Virus record (IMG/VR): IMGVR_UViG_3300042301_004035
Source: a virus
Taxonomy: Duplodnaviria > Caudoviricetes
Length of the DNA: 64,000 nt
Reading direction: 5' to 3' (one strand)
The notes under the pieces are model-generated. The model searched no databases, was not told the DNA's origin, and worked only from the letters and a program-made list of their open reading frames with translations. The translations under genes and the position numbers were made by a program. This document shows positions 17,762-28,430 of this stretch, in pieces (the first letter of the stretch is position 1; each line of letters begins with the position of its first letter).

Positions 17762-20700
17762 TGTGATTTATACACTCCCCTTGCACCATCCAAACTAAAG
17801 CCTATCGGTGTTATAAATTTAGCTGAAGCTTTTCTTTCTTTAACATTTGTTTTTTCTGATTCAGGGCCAGAGTATCTAACATAATTTCTTGTAGCATCAA
17901 TATTTAGATAGTCTGACGGAACAAAAATTTTACCTAAAGGATATGTCCTTCTTAAAGTTTTATTCCAAACCATTCCATACCACCAGTTGCCATTTATAAT
18001 AAATGTATTTGGATTATCGAAGATTGCAGCCTGAGCAATGTTTAGGGTTGCAGAAGCTATTTGGAACCACTCTAAACCATTCCACATATATATTTTATCT
18101 GTATCAGTTTCATATATTGTTTCAGAAAATCCTGGTGCCACAGGTCTCGCCGTAGACAAACACTTGTATGTAACATTATATTCTTGTGTTTGCGATTCCG
18201 ACAAAGAAACTCTGAATTCAAAAGAGTCACCATTCCTCCAAATTAATTTGTTCCTCAAAGATAAACCAGGACCATGATCCGTCACCCTATTCTCACACGG
18301 TGCTTGCCTGTATCTATCGACTGCTAACTCAGGAATAGATTTCATTCCACCATACATAGAAAAGAAACATACCGCCAAAGACTCTGTTTCTCCAGTGCAC
18401 TTAGGTGCGTCCCTCTCTAAACCTATTTTTCCGATATTCTTTACCACTCCCGCATTATCTAATATATTAAATTCTAAAATCCAAGAAGTGTGTGAAGCTA
18501 TTTGAGATATAATTAAATCTTGTTTTAATGATTTAAACTTTGTCTCAGCGAACTCAGCACCGCGTGCCCATAGACCGTCGTTAGATTGAAGCGTTGTTTC
18601 GTTCTTCACTGGATCATTGATAACTATTACGCTATCAGTAGGTGGTTGAACTGTTTCATTTGGTGGAGTTACCTCTGGGCTTCCAGGGATTACTGGAGCT
18701 GGCTTTGGCGGCGTGACTCCTGGAGTTGGATTTGGGTTTACTGGTTTAGGTTTTGTCGGCTTAGGTTTTGGAGCCGGCGTTGGAGAAGGTGCTGGAGCCA
18801 CTGGAGCTACTGGCGTATTTGGATCAGGTATAGTTGTGAACGTTATGCTATCCCACTTACCTGCGTTACCAGACCAAGATTTGCCGGCAGAAGACTTAAG
18901 AACATGAGCCCCAATAAAAACACTTATATCTGTGTTATAAGGCAAAACATTTTTAGGCGTAATAGTTATACTGTTATAGTCCAAGAAAGAAACTTCAGAA
19001 CTAAATATATCTATTTTAGCTAAAGCTTTAGTAGTATTTTTTTTGTAGAAGAAAATAGACCCGCTATTTCTTACCATAGACAAATCAAAATTTAATGTTA
19101 ACTTAACATCTATGTTAACTTTTTGATTATCATTTTCAGGAGTTATTGAAGTCACCGAATATGATAAAAATTTTGGTTCAGGAACTATTGGTCTCAAGGG
19201 GACAGTTGTTGCGGGAGGTGCAACTCCATCTCTTTGATCTGGGATGGTTATCTTAGGCATAGGGACTGTTGTGACCGGCACCGTTGTAACAACCGTACTA
19301 GACGGTGACCCGTTTGCTGGCGGCGTAGTAGTGGATGGCGTAACCACTGTTGTAGTTGTAACCCCATTCGCAACAATTGTAGTCGTAGTTGATTCGCCAT
19401 CTGGAGCAACTGTCGTAGAAGTGCTAGGTATATATGGTGGTAACATCGGTATTTTTGGCGGGAAAACAGTAGTCGTAGTAGTTGTAGAGCCGTTAGGGTT
19501 AGTGGTAACAGTTGTCGTCGATTGAGGCGTAGTCGTAGTGCTGGTAGTTGGACTCTGCGGCGGCCTTGGAGCACCAATACCAGCTGCTCCAGCTCCAGGT
19601 CTTGCGCCCGGTGCAGCTGGGATATATGTTGTTACAGTTGTCGGAGACGATGGCAACGAAGTAGTAGTCGTCCCAATTTGTATTGTAGTTGGAGTCGTTG
19701 AAGAACTAGGTGGCACGTTAATAGGAGCAGTCGGGATGCCGTTTATCAAACCGTCTACAATGCTAATGTAATTAGGCGGATGTATTCCATCGCCAGGAGC
19801 GTTAAAATCTCCAACAAATATAAATCCATATTTTTTACAAAGCATCTCTAGCTTGAGATTAAAATATGTTCCGGGATACTTATCGTTCAATTGTTTAGAT
19901 ATTCCCATAACATAAACTAAAGCAACTAGTTTTCTATCTGTAAAAACTTTTATTTGATCAAACTGTGTTTTTGCTTGATTTAAAGCACTAGCTACATCGC
20001 TGGCTTTTTTTATGTTATTTGATGCACCAGTAGATAGCCATAATATCCTGTTGTTTAACTGCTTATCTTTCTGATCTATGTATTTAAGAACGTTATTTAT
20101 TCTCCTTGAGACTTCGTACATGTTATCCCCGACCTTATGATGATACCCATCCCAAACGCAAAACTGGCTGTATAAACCACTCGACTTAGGAAAATAAGTT
20201 TCATTCTGACAAGCAGAAGGGTCGTTAAGAAAAACGTTTGGCACAACTTGTGAAGTTTCCACTCCTGGATTCAAAGAATCATATCTATCAGATAATCCTA
20301 CTGCAATACTGTCACCAATTATAATTGGTACCTTATTGGTTATCGTTGTTACATTTGATGGGGTGATTGTTGTTGTTGGGGACAGACCATCTCTTTGATC
20401 TGGATAAACTATTTTAGGAGCAACAGTTGTAGTAGTAGACTTTGGCGCGACAGTTGTTGTCGTTGACTTCTTGGGTACAGTTGTTGTTGTAGTTGCCTTA
20501 GGCATTGTTGTGCTAGTTGTGGGTTTTGCCGGGATAGTGGTTGTTGGCGCAGAAGGTACAGTTGTTGTTACTGGGATATCTTTTCTAATATTTGGATTTC
20601 TTAATATTTCATCTATTTTTTGTCTTTCCTTGATAACGTTAGACTGTAAATACCCACCAATATCTCCAATCTCATTGCCGATAAGTGGGAACCAAGATGG

Positions 20701-22687
20701 AACGCTAAAAGCAGGCAACCCCCTAATAACTTGATTGATTTCTTCTTTTTGCAAAATACTTTCTGTTCCAAGAATAAACATTATATTAAATGGCGAAATG
20801 GTTGTAACTGAAAGTTTTACTGGATAAACTTTGTTATCCAGCCTAGTAACACGAGCCCAATGATTTGTTGGCTTGTTATCTGGAGTTGGCATTCCTGAAG
20901 GCCATTTCTCAACTTTTTTAAATGCGTCAACAATATTTTTAGTTCCACTCAATGCCGCATTAAAAGGGAAAGTAGAGCCTGGCTTAATTGAATAATAAGA
21001 ATTATTAAATGTAAACTCTCTAGTCAAAAGTTTGTTATACACATAATCTAGGTCATTTAAAATTACAACTTTTCCGTTTTGCATTACATCTGCTAAAGCA
21101 GCAGGTGCTTGTTTTAAATTGTATTTATATAATGAATCTTTTTGATGCACGGTTAAGGTAGATGTATTTAATATTCTTCCGTTAAGCTTATCCAACAATA
21201 AAACAAAATTTTTTTCTACATAATTTTTATATTCAGGTAAATAGTATATTGTAGAATTATACGGTGCATTACCTGGTTCATATTTGTCTATGCCCAAAGG
21301 ATTGTCTGATACATTCCCATTGGAAGTTGTATACGAGACTATTTCCGTGTAGTTCACTGCACTAACGTTTTGTATTTTTTCTACTGCCGTATTTCCTGGA
21401 GTACTCTCGTGAGAAACTATAGAATTTTTTAAGTTTTCTGAGTATAATACGTTTTTATTTTTGTTTAAAATTTCTTTTCTTAAACCCCATATGTAATTAA
21501 AAAGTCTGATTACGTTACTAGCTGTTGGTTGTTCTCCAACGCTATCTTCTTTAGCAATTGTTTTTTTTGTAACGACTGCTGGACCCTTTATTCCAATATA
21601 GCTTAAAGTATTGGCAATACTCGCTGCATAGCCAGAAAGAGTGGTGGTGTTAACTACCAATACCGTTGGACCATTAATTGTAGGAATAATATTATTATCC
21701 CAAGGAGAAGACCCAATTGGTTTAACGGGTGTAACAGTAGTCGTTTTTGTTGTTGAATCTGGCACAATCGCCCAACGGCCTGTATCTCCAGTTTTACCAC
21801 TAATTATTGTGGGAGTTTCAGCTGTTTTACCAGTCACTGGATCAATGCCAGTTATTGCATTGCCGCCGCCTTTATCTACTCTATCTGGAACCCATACTTG
21901 TTTTTGCCCTGGACCAGGAGCACCTTTTGGCGTTGGAGTAGGCTTAAAGCCATCTATCTCCTGCATAGATCTATCTCTGTATTTGCTAGGCTTGCTACCT
22001 GCGGCATAATAAACTAATATATTTTGAAAATCTGGATCAGTTGTAGGCACGTCACTACACCAGCTCCAGCCATAGCTCGCGCCATTTGTTTTAATAAAAT
22101 TAATTACTTTATCATTATTATTTGTTATCCTAATACAAAGACCAGTTCCAAAAATACTAAATCCAGGCATCGGGTTATACGATGTTATGGTTGTTGGATA
22201 CCACTTCACACCTGCATAGGTCCTTCCGTTTTTTACCTCTGGAATACTAGAAGCTCTAGATACATTAGTTGGGGTCTTGCTATTTTTTGTTTTAAACTCT
22301 TGCTCTTGAAGAGCTAAAGTTTTATATATAGTTGTATATTGTATTGTTATGCCCTGTTTTTTTGCAGCGGCAGCCATGTCTTGCAGCGTCCACGCCGGAG
22401 TGAAAGGGAGCTTAATAGATGGCTTATAAAAATATTTTTCTGGCAGAGCCCCATTAAAAGCTCCATAACTTTTTGTGCCAGAAGTATAAAGATATTTTAA
22501 TAATTCACCAAAATATAAAACCCTTGGTTTTCCGAGCCGCAACCCATGCGGCATATGACCCTGATTCAGTCGTTGAAGGTATAGGTAAGTTGATAAAATT
22601 ATCTGGAAGCCTGGCAGATCCACCAGGCAGATTATACTCAAGAGCGTTCTTTGGCAAACTAGCTATATTGACCTTTGTTACGCCCAT
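17758..22687 (-). CDS. giant multidomain virion/surface protein (degenerate M15-like N-terminus, SGNH-like, Ig-like, T/P-rich linkers); +1 frameshift at 22532-22534
   Basis: 60 aa and 1627 aa ORFs join at GCT-CGGA-AAA to give about 1642 aa; GDSIAVG...DGIHP; Big_5-like SVTSITP...LTLNFD. Confidence 0.7.
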
Positions 22688-22747
22688 AGAAAATAAACCT
22701 TAATTTAATAGTTTAGATATACTAATAGTAACTAAGAGAAGCTTATG

Positions 22748-23500
22748 CTATCTAAAATTCTTACGAACCCAATCAGGATACGTATCGTCTACCTCATAGT
22801 ATTTTAGCGGGAACCTATCAAATGGATCCATACCCTCACTTATTCTACGAAGTATCTCTTTATCATCTTTAAATTCTTCTAAATTGTATTCAGTATGAGC
22901 AAAAGATTCTATCTTATTTTTTATGTTTTCAATGTCTGTGAAAAAAGAAAAATGCCAGCCAGCGTCAGGTATCGTATACCAGGTTCCAGCTCTCAACTCT
23001 TGGCAAGATTGAGCCTCTAAATCTTTAAATCTAGCAGCAATTGGTCTGGCCCCCTGATTGCAGTGTTCCGGAACTTGCCAGTTATAATTCCAAAAATATT
23101 GTTTAACATCTAATCTAGCCGGGGTTTCAACTAACTTTAATTGATTAATAATATTTGAGCTAATTATTTCATCCGCGTCAGAAATGATTACAATATCATC
23201 TGCTTCCGCCTTATCTAGGCCAAAGCGAATAGCGTTGCGTTGGTAATGCTCTCTTTCCCAAGGTGACTGAACGGTAGAAAGATCTGGAGAATTGAAATGT
23301 ATTTTAATTCTAATTATTTTATCTTCCCATTTTTTAGCCCAATCAGGCAATTGGTCAAGATAAAATGGTTTTTCTTTTCCAGTAAATGTTTCGGATGCTT
23401 CAACTATAACAAAGTGATCAACAATATCACCAAGCTCTTCAAATCTTACGCGCAGCATCTCTTCTTCGTTAAAGAAGGTAAAGCAATCAAATATTTTCAT
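22748..23500 (-). CDS. glycosyltransferase family 17-like
   Basis: MKIFDCFTFFNE...IVEAS.TFTGKEKP...WEREHYQRN...ISDADEI...GWHFSF. Confidence 0.85.
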   Translation of the reverse strand: MKIFDCFTFFNEEEMLRVRFEELGDIVDHFVIVEASETFTGKEKPFYLDQLPDWAKKWEDKIIRIKIHFNSPDLSTVQSPWEREHYQRNAIRFGLDKAEADDIVIISDADEIISSNIINQLKLVETPARLDVKQYFWNYNWQVPEHCNQGARPIAARFKDLEAQSCQELRAGTWYTIPDAGWHFSFFTDIENIKNKIESFAHTEYNLEEFKDDKEILRRISEGMDPFDRFPLKYYEVDDTYPDWVRKNFR

Positions 23501-23948
23501 ATACGTAAACATCTTTATCAGTAAATAGTGAATATCTTTTTATTTCTTTTTCGATCTGCGAATCTGCGATAAATTCAGACTCAAGATTAGATGCCCACTT
23601 ACCCGGGTTTACCGCCAAAATAAAACCACCTGGCTTTAAAACTCTTTTAATTTCTTGAGCTACTTGATCATAATTGTTGTTAAATATTTCTGGGTCATAA
23701 TTAATTGAAATAAATAAATCAACACAATCATCAGAAAATAACATCGGATTTAAACCAGCTGGCCAATAGTAATTATTCTCGCTATTTTCCAATGCAGCCT
23801 CAAGTGCACTCCACAGTCTCATAGCACCAATGCCGTGTTCTGCGGTGTAGAGAGTCTCGGACAAATCCAAGCCTTCTTGATAGCAAACAGTAAAAGAGTT
23901 ATTTTTAAAAATGTCTCTTATTATATGTGCTACATGATTCCAGTTCAT
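23487..23948 (-). CDS. truncated class I SAM methyltransferase-like protein
   Basis: EIKRVLKPGG motif; N-terminal SAM motif not evident. Confidence 0.5.
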   Translation of the reverse strand: MNWNHVAHIIRDIFKNNSFTVCYQEGLDLSETLYTAEHGIGAMRLWSALEAALENSENNYYWPAGLNPMLFSDDCVDLFISINYDPEIFNNNYDQVAQEIKRVLKPGGFILAVNPGKWASNLESEFIADSQIEKEIKRYSLFTDKDVYVYENI

Positions 23949-24488
23949 TTACTTGACAGGCTTAACTGCGTCCACCTTAAGCCAACCCCATTCATCTCCA
24001 CGTTTAACATCTAATATTTCAAAACCCATTCTCTCAAAATCATCTTGGAGCATTCTATGAGTTAAGCCCACAAAATGAAAATCAAAAGGATTCAGTTGTT
24101 CAGCAAAAAAGATCTGTTGCATTCTTCTATCGCCATCAAGGGAGTCCATTTCAAGTATCTGATTGCAGGCCAACAAGAAGTCTGGAACTTCAATTCTAAT
24201 CATCCCACCAGGCTTAACTATTCTGCACCATTCGGCCAGAACAGCTTGATATTCTTTCCACGGAAAGTGTTCAAGACACTCTGAGTTATAAACTATGTCT
24301 GCAAAATTGTCTGGAAGATTAATCTTGCGAGCATCGCAGACTACATCGACTGGAACATAGGTTTTGTTAGCGTGATCGTACAACGGCGTTGGATCTATAT
24401 CAATATGAATCCAGTCTGGACCAAGATATGTTCTAGTGCCAATTACAACTTTTGTGCCCGCACCCTTAGGTATTGTCTCTAGTCTCAT
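23949..24488 (-). CDS. class I SAM-dependent methyltransferase
   Basis: DVVCDARKINLPDNFADIVYNSECLEH...WCRIVKPGG.IRIEVPD. Confidence 0.85.
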   Translation of the reverse strand: MRLETIPKGAGTKVVIGTRTYLGPDWIHIDIDPTPLYDHANKTYVPVDVVCDARKINLPDNFADIVYNSECLEHFPWKEYQAVLAEWCRIVKPGGMIRIEVPDFLLACNQILEMDSLDGDRRMQQIFFAEQLNPFDFHFVGLTHRMLQDDFERMGFEILDVKRGDEWGWLKVDAVKPVK

Positions 24489-25349
24489 TTAAATTATTCT
24501 TCCTCTATATAAGTGTTGCCAACGTGGAACTTTTATTAAATCTACTTCTCTACCCAAAGCTGATACATAGACTGTCTCAGGGTTATCATTTATCCCTCTA
24601 AGCTCTGGTTGTTGCTGATACCATTCTTCCAAGTATATCGCATTCCAGTCTTCAAATCTAGTTACATTTGGACTATGGTAGGTGACATGGGGCCCAACAT
24701 AATACTTATTCCATTTATTAACCCAATTAATCACACCTTGATTAATTCTTTCTTGTGCTTCAGGATTACGCGTACTTGTTGCATCATGAGCAACTAAAAC
24801 TGTTGGGTCAGCTACTATTCTCCAGCCACCTAATCTTATTCTTGTCTGAAAATCAACTTCTTCTTGATGACCAATTTCTGTATCAAATCCACCAATCTCT
24901 TTATATCTTTGACGATTTAAAATCCAACAAAAACCAACACCCCATAATATTTCTAAATATCTTGGACGTTGCATAGGATACGCCCCTCCATTCGGAAACG
25001 CCATTGCAACTTCGTGGTTACCTTCAAGATAGGAGGCTAATTTTAGATCCCATCCTGGAGTCATAATATAGGCGTCATTATCTATATAGCCTACGTTATT
25101 AGTTTCTGCCCACTCAAGAATATGATTAACAGCACCAGTATATCTTACGTTTTTAGTTAATTGTTTAATAACAACTCTTGGATCTTCCGCAGCGTGTTTT
25201 TGGGCGACCTTTATTGTTTCTGGATCTTCTGAGGCGTTCTCTAACACTAAGAGTCTCCAATCACAATGAGTGTTCTGCCTAAAAGCAGTTATAGACCTAT
25301 CTAATTTGTCCGGATTATTATAGCTAGATACTCCAAAATCAATTCTCAC
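24489..25349 (-). CDS. glycosyltransferase family 2
   Basis: SSYNN...LENASED...YTGAVN...IDND...GGFD...EEVDF; likely GTG start at 25349. Confidence 0.85.
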   Translation of the reverse strand: MRIDFGVSSYNNPDKLDRSITAFRQNTHCDWRLLVLENASEDPETIKVAQKHAAEDPRVVIKQLTKNVRYTGAVNHILEWAETNNVGYIDNDAYIMTPGWDLKLASYLEGNHEVAMAFPNGGAYPMQRPRYLEILWGVGFCWILNRQRYKEIGGFDTEIGHQEEVDFQTRIRLGGWRIVADPTVLVAHDATSTRNPEAQERINQGVINWVNKWNKYYVGPHVTYHSPNVTRFEDWNAIYLEEWYQQQPELRGINDNPETVYVSALGREVDLIKVPRWQHLYRGRII

Positions 25350-26083
25350 GGCTTTGTCCACCACTGCTTATTTTCGTGCAAAACAAAACCAATGCTTTGC
25401 AATAGTGGAAACCACTCTGTTTCATATTTATTATTTACAGCCAAGTGCATGGGTATAGAGTTTCCGTGTTCAATATCTCCAATCGCAAATGCATTTTGTG
25501 CAATAAACACGCCGCCTTTCTTAAGGGTGTCATAAACAGCTTTTGCCCATTCTTCAACATTAACGACGTGTTCAAAAAAATCTAGCGCAACAACTGCATC
25601 GAACAATCTATCGCCTAGTTTAGGCTCAAAAGTATTTGTGAATAATGTGTTGATAACAAGCTTTTCTTCAAGGCTAAATCTGTACTGTGCGAAGTTAGCT
25701 GTTTTGCCACCTTCCAAATCATGGTAAGTTGCCTCTAAACCCTCTTGGGCTAATCTTATACTTAAAGAGCCTATCCCGTCACCTAATGAAAGAACCTTGT
25801 TTTTGCCCGAATGTCTCAATCCAAGAGCTATACCTTCGCACATCCCTGAATAGTTAAAACCTTGATCCAGATGATAAGCTGACAATTCCCAAATATACGC
25901 ATCTGTGTTCCTATACCAATTTAAAAGAGAATCAGCGTTGTCGACATTTGTTCTGGCATCGTTAAAATCATTTGCTACTTCATGATGATTATAATGAAAC
26001 CCTTTTTCTAATCTTTGCTTAGCGTATCCTTCTGGTACTTTCAGGAATTCGGATATTTCTTTTGCACGCTTATCTACACTCAT
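25346..26083 (-). CDS. class I SAM-dependent methyltransferase
   Basis: VLSLGDGIG motif I, DAVVALDFFEHV. Confidence 0.85.
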   Translation of the reverse strand: MSVDKRAKEISEFLKVPEGYAKQRLEKGFHYNHHEVANDFNDARTNVDNADSLLNWYRNTDAYIWELSAYHLDQGFNYSGMCEGIALGLRHSGKNKVLSLGDGIGSLSIRLAQEGLEATYHDLEGGKTANFAQYRFSLEEKLVINTLFTNTFEPKLGDRLFDAVVALDFFEHVVNVEEWAKAVYDTLKKGGVFIAQNAFAIGDIEHGNSIPMHLAVNNKYETEWFPLLQSIGFVLHENKQWWTKP

Positions 26084-26199
26084 TTGCTCTCCATCGTTGA
26101 TCGGACACAATTAAATTGTATCATGTTTTATTTTAATTTTTCTATATAGGGTAAAATTGGGAAAAAAATTTTAAGGCCAAATTGGTTTTTGACTTTTTT

Positions 26200-26982
26200 C
26201 TAATAGCCGGAAAAAGTAGTTGTAATAACACTACCATCTCTTTGATCAAGAGGTGGCAACTCTTTTCTGACCAAGACTCTTTGCACCCACCTATCAGTCC
26301 CATCATATCTTGCCTGAAAAGGTTTTCTGCCATGAATTGTTTTTCTATTATCTATAACTAATAGATCACCTGTTTTTAATACGATCTCTTTTGTGCATTT
26401 TTTAATTGCATCTTCAAGTTCTTCAAGAACTAATCTAGCCAAATAGTCATTCGGCTTCATGACAGTTGCATCGTATGTAAAGGTTAACATCCCGTCAGCT
26501 TCTCCAATTATAGAAGTAGGTATCTGCTGATCTTCTTCCCCATTTGTCCTAAAGCTAAGATCTATTCCTGTTGTAAACATTTTTGACTTCAACATATGTT
26601 TAGTCTCTATCCTAATATGCTTGAGTATGTCAGACAAATTAGCGTACGTGGTTACTGCCTGAGGATCGCCCCTAAGGCAAAACAAAACTACATAGTCTGG
26701 CTTGTAAGGATGAAATGCAGTCTCTGTGTGAAGAGCTAGTTCAGTTTTAGATGAAGTAGATATCTGCTGATACTCAGTCTTGTGGACTGGAACTATGTTC
26801 TGTATTATTTGACCGTTTTGTTCCTGAATATAACCAATCGGATGGCCATATTTTTTAACATGATCAAGAAGAATCAGAGTGCTTTCTTTGGAGCTGGCGT
26901 GCTTGGGGGAACTGATGATCGGTGTAGCTGGAGTTGGAGGCACATATCCAACATCTAAATTCTCGTAAAGAAAAATTCCCAT
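26200..26982 (-). CDS. Fe(II)/2-oxoglutarate dioxygenase, clavaminate synthase/AsnO/VioC-like (TauD fold)
   Basis: LHTETAFH (HxE), LFCLRGD, DNRKTIHGR.PF..RYDGTDRW.QR. Confidence 0.9.
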   Translation of the reverse strand: MGIFLYENLDVGYVPPTPATPIISSPKHASSKESTLILLDHVKKYGHPIGYIQEQNGQIIQNIVPVHKTEYQQISTSSKTELALHTETAFHPYKPDYVVLFCLRGDPQAVTTYANLSDILKHIRIETKHMLKSKMFTTGIDLSFRTNGEEDQQIPTSIIGEADGMLTFTYDATVMKPNDYLARLVLEELEDAIKKCTKEIVLKTGDLLVIDNRKTIHGRKPFQARYDGTDRWVQRVLVRKELPPLDQRDGSVITTTFSGY

Positions 26983-26991
26983 AAAATACCT

Positions 26992-27201
26992 TTAAGACGA
27001 CAAAACCTTTAGTATCAAAAAGAATACTTTGCTCAGGTTATCAGGGGCAATACTAAAAACATGTTCTTTTTCAAGCGTTTTAATCGTAACGCAATGTACG
27101 TTTACTAAATCCCCATTTGAAGTTATAGAAGCTGTAAGTTTAGATATGGAAATATCAGTAATAGTTGGCATAAAGCCATCGAACATGCCGTTATTTTCCA
27201 T
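26992..27201 (-). CDS. hypothetical protein
   Basis: 69 aa ORF preceded by TGCTATAAT 5 nt upstream (leaderless). Confidence 0.65.
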   Translation of the reverse strand: MENNGMFDGFMPTITDISISKLTASITSNGDLVNVHCVTIKTLEKEHVFSIAPDNLSKVFFLILKVLSS

Positions 27202-27219
27202 GCTACATTATAGCACAAG

Positions 27220-27492
27220 TTACTTCTTTTTTAAGGTAGAAACATTCTTAGGGGCTTGACCTTTGACTCCCTTTTCTGGAGTACCTGATCGTCTTTTTCT
27301 TTGAACTGCGCTTTTCTTTTGGGCGCTTGACAAAGCCTTGGCTTTTGCCACCGGTAAGCATTTTGCATAACCTGAACCGCCAACCCCTGAAGTGCCACAG
27401 GGCTGGTATTTCCCTCCCTTTTTAGGAGCACCAATATTAACCCACTTTTGATCAAACCACTTGGTTAATCCAACACCTTTAGGACCAGGCAT
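27220..27492 (-). CDS. small basic phage protein
   Basis: GLTKWFDQKWV...PCG...KCLP...KRR; very Lys-rich. Confidence 0.7.
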   Translation of the reverse strand: MPGPKGVGLTKWFDQKWVNIGAPKKGGKYQPCGTSGVGGSGYAKCLPVAKAKALSSAQKKSAVQRKRRSGTPEKGVKGQAPKNVSTLKKK

Positions 27493-27608
27493 TATTTTTT
27501 CTTTGCTTTTGTAGGTTTGTTAGTTTTTTTTACTGGGGTGCAATTGGGAACTAACTTGCCACCCTTTAACTTCATCCCCTTTGCAGTGTACCCAGTCCAA
27601 CAAGCCAT
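27492..27608 (-). CDS. 38 aa basic peptide
   Basis: Manual translation MACWTGYTAKGMKLKGGKLVPNCTPVKK...; CW.GY...K.GK.VPNC motif. Confidence 0.65.
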   Translation of the reverse strand: MACWTGYTAKGMKLKGGKLVPNCTPVKKTNKPTKAKKK

Positions 27609-27787
27609 TACTTACTCTTCTTTGCCTTTTTGGTTGAAACAGTTTTCCAACCGCCACCCATTGACTTATACTTCTTAGCGGCCCAAGCGTTTGCATATGC
27701 AGATGGATAGACATCAAACTTAGATTTAGCCTGAGACTTAGCCGAAGACCACAGTGCCGGCTTTGTTGGTTTATTTTGTTTTGCCAT
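27608..27787 (-). CDS. 59 aa basic protein
   Basis: Manual translation MAKQNKPTKPALWSSAKSQAKSKFDVYPSAYANAWAAKKYKSMGGGWK... Confidence 0.7.
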   Translation of the reverse strand: MAKQNKPTKPALWSSAKSQAKSKFDVYPSAYANAWAAKKYKSMGGGWKTVSTKKAKKSK

Positions 27788-27954
27788 TATCTTGTTAATC
27801 CTATGATCAAAATCATTTGAATTAAATGAAGAGCAATATATCCAAGATGAATTCTCAATTCTTTTTTGGAATTATCTTTCTTATCTACACCTAAACAATA
27901 GGTGCACGCACCGTCAGCTTCGTGACAGTCTTCACAACAGTATTTTGTAGTCAT
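27787..27954 (-). CDS. small Cys-rich membrane protein
   Basis: MTTKYCCEDCH...CTYC plus hydrophobic C-terminus. Confidence 0.55.
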   Translation of the reverse strand: MTTKYCCEDCHEADGACTYCLGVDKKDNSKKELRIHLGYIALHLIQMILIIGLTR

Positions 27955-27958
27955 AATA

Positions 27959-28159
27959 TTATTTCTTCTTACTAATTTTTCTAAGTGTTTTAGCAAGTGA
28001 AGCTTGCTTACGAGTAAGCGGGCTATATCTTTCTGGATTTTTGGTAACAGCTGATGCCATCCCAGCCACAGATTTGCCGGCTTTTTTAGCTTTTGCGGTA
28101 AAAGCTCCAGGCCTTTTGATCGCACCCTGTATCCATTTCTTATCTTTTTTTGCTGCCAT
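27959..28159 (-). CDS. small basic protein
   Basis: KWIQGAIKRPGAFTAKAKKAG...LAKTLRK. Confidence 0.7.
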   Translation of the reverse strand: MAAKKDKKWIQGAIKRPGAFTAKAKKAGKSVAGMASAVTKNPERYSPLTRKQASLAKTLRKISKKK

Positions 28160-28430
28160 TATTATCTCGCGCTGCTTTAACTTTTTCTCCTGTTTTAAAT
28201 TTTAGATTTTCTAAATTAAACTGGCTAGTAATATGATCACTTAGATGTGTGTCTAGCTTAGCTTCTATATGCGATATATCACTGTCTATATCTGCAATGT
28301 CTTCTTTTATGGAATCTAAGCGATCTTTGACAAAGCCGTGGTCACGAACATTCTCACGACGCCCCTTCTCTATGAGAAGCATCAAAACGCCAAACGCGCC
28401 AGTAACAGCGGAAGCCCATACGATTTCCAT
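28140..28430 (-). CDS. holin-like membrane protein
   Basis: N-terminal TM plus coiled coil, immediately downstream of the endolysin. Confidence 0.5.
   Translation of the reverse strand: MEIVWASAVTGAFGVLMLLIEKGRRENVRDHGFVKDRLDSIKEDIADIDSDISHIEAKLDTHLSDHITSQFNLENLKFKTGEKVKAARDNNGSKKR

Noticed and set aside
12142-22009. Many + strand ORFs opposite the large - strand genes (for example 12787-13377, 19244-19525, 21641-22009)
   Set aside because: They are antisense shadows of repetitive Thr/Pro/Asp-rich coding sequence and lack RBS or meaningful motifs.
17613-22641. ORF-track starts at 22641, 17613, 33798 and 35740
   Set aside because: These are alternative start codons picked up after the frameshift points. 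Better ATG starts with coupling or promoter context exist upstream in the -1 frame.
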